Shown piece after piece: positions 59,717-64,000 of a stretch of DNA of 64,000 bases. Made by a program: the position numbers and the translations under genes. Numbering within the stretch: the stretch's first letter is position 1; each line of letters starts with the position of its first letter. Source of the DNA: Amoebidium appalachense. Lineage: Eukaryota; Protista; Ichthyosporea. The notes under the pieces are model-generated. The model was not told the DNA's origin, made no database searches, and worked only from the letters and a program-made list of their open reading frames with translations. Where the stretch lies: assembly GCA_963693365.1 (NCBI GenBank), contig CAVNZM010000006.1:9365355-9429354 (forward strand), read 5' to 3'.

Positions 59717-60328
59717 AGGGCTCAACCGCATCGGCAGCTGCAGAGTCAACTTGAAGAAGGCAGAATTATTCTGCAGAAGCGGAATTGTTCTGCTTTTGGA
59801 AGAATTTTTTTGCAAAAGCAGGGTTATTCTGCAAAAGCAGAGTGAATCAGCTTCTATTAGCAGAACTATCCTGCTTTTAGCAGGATTATTCCGCAAAGGC
59901 AGAATCACTCTGCTTTAAAAATTTAGCAGCATGATGCCGCAATTGCAAAACCCAGAATTAAATAATTCTGCTTATAAAAGAATAATTCTGCAATTTGGCT
60001 GATTGATTCTGTTTTTAGCAGATTGATTCTGCTTTTGCTGAATAGTTCTGCCTTTGCAGCTATAATTCTGCCACGTGCGACTGTGGCCTCAGCCGCCGTA
60101 TGATGAACTATACTCTATTTTTCAAGGGTATGAGTTGGCGCGTGATCATGTCGCTTCGGGAAGGAAAGGTTTGTCAGCGTTGAAAACTAAGAGCTACCTC
60201 CAAAGGCAAAGGTAGCAGGCTATACTTCTGTTTTTAGTAGAATAATTCTGCTTCTTACAGAGCTTCCTGCTTTTTGCTGAATAAATCTGTTTGGAGCGAG
60301 TTGACTCAGCCGATGTGGTTGCCAGTCC
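59717..60328. mobile_element. MITE-like element with imperfect TIRs and an array of short palindromes
   Basis: Left end gggctcaaccgcatcggc...gagtcaac matches the right end reverse complement ggactggcaaccacatcggctgagtcaac. The interior holds more than 12 variants of GCAGAAT(A/T)ATTCTGC separated by A4/T4 runs. Confidence 0.65.
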
Positions 60329-61075
60329 ACCACACAAGGTGGAGTCACAAGGCACATACACAATGTCATTCGCGTGTAAAATCACAATTGCACAGGCACA
60401 CAGCTGCACACCTGTGCACGCACGCGTGGACACACACGTGCACAGGCACACGCTTCATACACATGATGTACATGGCCCATTGAGCTGGCCCATTGGTGTC
60501 CCCACAATACACAAATGTCTTGCTGGTGTTCGTGAACATGCAGCACATAATGGTTCCGTGCCATATTCGAGTGCTCCATATGCATTACTGCAAATCTGAG
60601 GTTTAATAGTTTAATGGTCATACAAATTTTTATTGCACACACTGCGTGCAAGGACTCGCGTCAGACCGAATATCCATATTGAATTATACAGAAACAGTCA
60701 CAGAAGGGGCTCTATTCGAGGCGCCTAATATTAGCCCGACTGCCATTCAGAGGATAGCGTCACATTGAAGGACCATTGAAACAAGGTCAACATTCGAGCA
60801 GTAAATAGCGTAATGATTGCTACAATAGCACGCGCGTAATAAAAAAAAAAACAACCAAAAAAACAAAACAAAACAAAAACCTATCGTACAAAGTCTGCTT
60901 GAAGGTCATTCGTGCCTCGTTTCTGCTCAGCAGGACAAACACTCCCACAATTCACGCAAATCCTCATGCACGACCCACATTTACCTTCGCCAGTCACGAA
61001 TTATTCGAGCTCGTTTCAAAAACAAAAAAACTTTAAGTCTTGAACCCCTCCCCACTCGTATCATATTAGTGTAAG

Positions 61076-61109
<34 letters not shown>

Positions 61110-61114
61110 CCCCC

Positions 61115-61146
<32 letters not shown>

Positions 61147-61211
61147 AAAAAAAAAAAAAAAAAAGCCATCCACCTCTACATGATCCTCAACCAATACCTA
61201 TGCTATTACAC

Positions 61212-62477
61212 CTATGCCCCCAACACCTCCCTCAGTCTCTGTATCTCCGCCTGCAACACGCTCTTTTCTCTCTCCGCCTTTGCCAGCCTATCACCCAGCT
61301 CTGTGTTATCCACCTCATACTTGTCTATCTTCTGCTCCAAATCTTTGATGTACGCCTTCTTTCTCCTTCTGCACTCTCGCGCCGACTGCCTATTCTTCTC
61401 CAATTTTGCAAACTTTCGCACGTCGCTATCCGCACCATCCCCATCAGTTGTGCACTCCGACTCCTTTCTCTGTCTCTTGGGTCTTTCATCTCCGGTTTCG
61501 CCCGCACCAGCGGCCGCATGTGTTTGCGACATTTTTCTTCCGAACGTGACGGTGGCAGCTTCTGACTTAGTGGCTGCTACAGGTGCTCCATGTGTTTTGG
61601 CCTTTGTGGCCGGACTGCTTGAAAAGTCCTTTGCACTTGCTGTGGTCTGGGTGGGTTGCGGGGCAGACGACTTGACGGGGGTGGGCGGACATGCTGGTGG
61701 CGGTGAAGCATGTGATTTGGCCTCGGCAGGTGCAGGAGGTGCCTTGGGTTTGTTGGATGTGCGCCTTGGCACCGTCATCTTGTTGGCAACCGTGCACGCT
61801 CTTCCCTGAAAACGATGTCACAGTGTTACCACAAGGCACGAGAAATATGGGGAGAGAGCACAAAGGTCGCAAAAAGGGAGAGGCAAAGTGTTGAAGGCAG
61901 GCGAAAATTCAAAAACACGGGTAGAAGAAAGACACCAGAACATTCACAAAAACCCATACATTTACATGAAACTACTGCAGCTATCATATACAGCGCGTGT
62001 GTGGGCATTTATTTACCTGCTTCATATCTACCGGCGACATTTGCTGATTACCCTCCGCACCGTGCATACTTGCATCGTGGATATCTGCCGGTCTGACTGT
62101 GCTTGCCTCCTCCAAAAAGACATTACCGCGCAAAAAATCTTCACAAACTGTGTCCTCAGCCTTTGCCACCATCACTGCATGATCCACCTCTGGAACCTTA
62201 TTCTGCGTTGCGATAGATTGGTGGTAACCCAAAAAATGAGATGAGGGCACGGAGAGTGGGGGTGTGCCGTGCAGTAGGGACTGTGAGGACTCAGTGTTGC
62301 TCATGGCATCGAATATATCCGACATACGGCATGTTTGCATCATGTTAGACGTGTCTGTGGCCTGTTGGAATAGCCTCGTGTTCATAAACGTGGGTGGGGG
62401 TGGCACGGCAGATTCCTCGAGTTTGGCAAGAGGAAGCTCGGTGCCCGGTTGGAGGTTGAGGCCGGGGTATAGTCCTG
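61212..62477 (-). CDS. bZIP transcription factor, CREB/ATF-like basic region; 5' end unresolved
   Basis: Exons 62477-62017 and 61805-61212 join in phase 0. C-terminus is KLEKNRQSARECRRRKKAYIKDLEQKIDKYEVDNTEL...LQAEIQRL* (N-x7-R basic motif plus heptad zipper). Confidence 0.9.
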
Positions 62478-64000
62478 CTGCATGGTCTCAGTCAGTCACT
62501 TGCATATTAAAAGTATCAAAATGCTCAGAGCCCATTTCCAGTTGATCGGTATCCGGCGCCATCATGGCACAGCATTTGGCCGAAAGCTATTCTTGACAGA
62601 AAAAATAAGGGAGCACCTAGATCTTTTGCAATCAGCTAAAAAAAAAAAAAAGAAGAAGAAGAACTAGCTTCAGTGTACACACAAAGGTGCAACATCGTTC
62701 CTCCCAGAGCTGTTCCCATGTACATGTCACCCAACATCTGCAACTTCAGCTCCTCTCACTTGCTTCTCCCCATCTCAGCCCCTAAACCACTCCTACAAAA
62801 GAGACAAAATATATGACAGCAAAATCAAGAAGAGGAGAAAAGATGTATTTCAATTCATACAACCACTTATGCGAGGAAGAAGCCGTGCTAGAGTAACTGT
62901 CAAGATAGCGAAAAACCAGCCTCTGTAGGTGGAAATAGCCGTAAACCAATGGCTTGTAAAGGAAATATTCTATAGCCATAGAATTTATAACAAATGAAAG
63001 GTCCCGGATCCCTGCATTTTTTAAGATTCGAGCTACTTAGGCGCGGGCTAAGCGTTTCAAGAGGGTACAAAATCTGGACACAAAAGCGTGTGCCTCTTAC
63101 TTACCTACAGCCATACGGCTCATCGGCTGCAGCGCTGCAGCGTAGAAGCCAGGGTAGGCATATGGAAACTGAGCAAAAAAGTTCTCTGCGGCGACATTCC
63201 GAGAGCCAGCCACAATGGTGTGCTGTTGGTCACCATTTGGCCGTATGGGCAATGGAATCCTGGGTAGAGAAACGAACTGCATTCTCAGAACTACGATCCT
63301 GACGCCCTGAACTTAACAGGAAATCTCGAAAAAGCAACGTCCAAAAACTCTGAATCTATATGTAGTACTGCCTGACGACAAGTGGGGGTCAAGAGGTGAG
63401 TGGCGACGATTCAGGAGCCAGTTGTCAGTTTGCTATGTAAAAATCGTAGTGATTCGTTGTGGAACAAGTTGTACACACGTAAATTCTACACTACGGCTTA
63501 CAAAAAATTGCAGCTGCTGTAACAAATTTCCATGACACCAGAGAAAACATGTATTCAACTTAGGTCTATCGGGCTAATTTTTGAAGTAGCTATTGAATAC
63601 TCTACGTTCACGAGCGCACATGCCATTGAAAATTGTACGAGGATTGCCAAACTCGCAGTGTGCGTTTCTGAGGTTCTTGGCTTCTTTGCTCAAAACTGAA
63701 AACAGACACAAGTGGTTCCGCATTCCGAGTTTATATACAGGTAAGCAAGACGGCGATTGGTTTAAACAAATCACATGCTAGAAATTGACTGGCCTAAAAG
63801 ACCGCGTAGAGGATAGTTCAAATTCCTTCAGCTGTCTTACTCTTTGTGACATGTGGAGAGAGAGCTCGCCGTAATGCCATAAAAACTTCAAGAAGCCAAC
63901 CCCCAAAAAATTAATTAAAAAATATAATAAATATAGAGGCAGTATGAAGCGAAGTAGTTTGAAAGACAAATGAGAAAAAACGAATCCTTTTGTGGTGCCA

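Noticed and set aside
59755-60070. CRISPR array or heat-shock-element cluster
   Set aside because: There are no unique spacers, the context is eukaryotic, and the GAA-n3-TTC spacing is not the HSE n2 spacing.
62690-64000. Further minus-strand exons (e.g. ~63260-63105 ending at a GTAAG donor)
   Set aside because: They could be bZIP 5' exons or another gene, but frame and identity could not be established.

Overview
This is a eukaryotic, intron-rich window. It looks like a unicellular opisthokont, but that is an impression only. Introns are packed with poly-C/poly-G tracts and (CA)n/(CT)n microsatellites, so nearly all ORFs in the supplied track are repeat artefacts. Splicing the exons by hand gives seven host genes plus a transposase relic. 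In order: (1) a large alpha-helical protein, tentatively Gemin4-like (minus strand, runs off the left edge); (2) a Cue2/N4BP2-type 4xCUE-DUF1771-Smr nuclease; (3) a globin-fold protein with Tyr at the proximal F8 position; (4) an intronless Mpo1/DUF962 dioxygenase; (5) UBC13/UBE2N; (6) a decayed, intron-containing pogo-type DDE transposase with a Tudor-like C-terminal domain; (7) a membrane-anchored fusion of a GT-A-like domain and an alginate/glucuronan-lyase (PF05426, PL38-like) domain with degenerate catalytic motifs; (8) a CREB/ATF-like bZIP factor. The most striking unexplained signal is a dispersed ~280-nt repeat with at least 9 copies. It folds into a nested RNA structure with compensatory and G-U changes and a conserved kink-turn. 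Copies are often 5'-truncated, most end at a poly(C) or C-rich tract, and every copy found is co-oriented with the host or adjacent upstream gene. Also present are a 63-bp-arm hairpin in a UBC13 intron and two MITE-like elements. All homology calls come from motif recognition, not from database searches.
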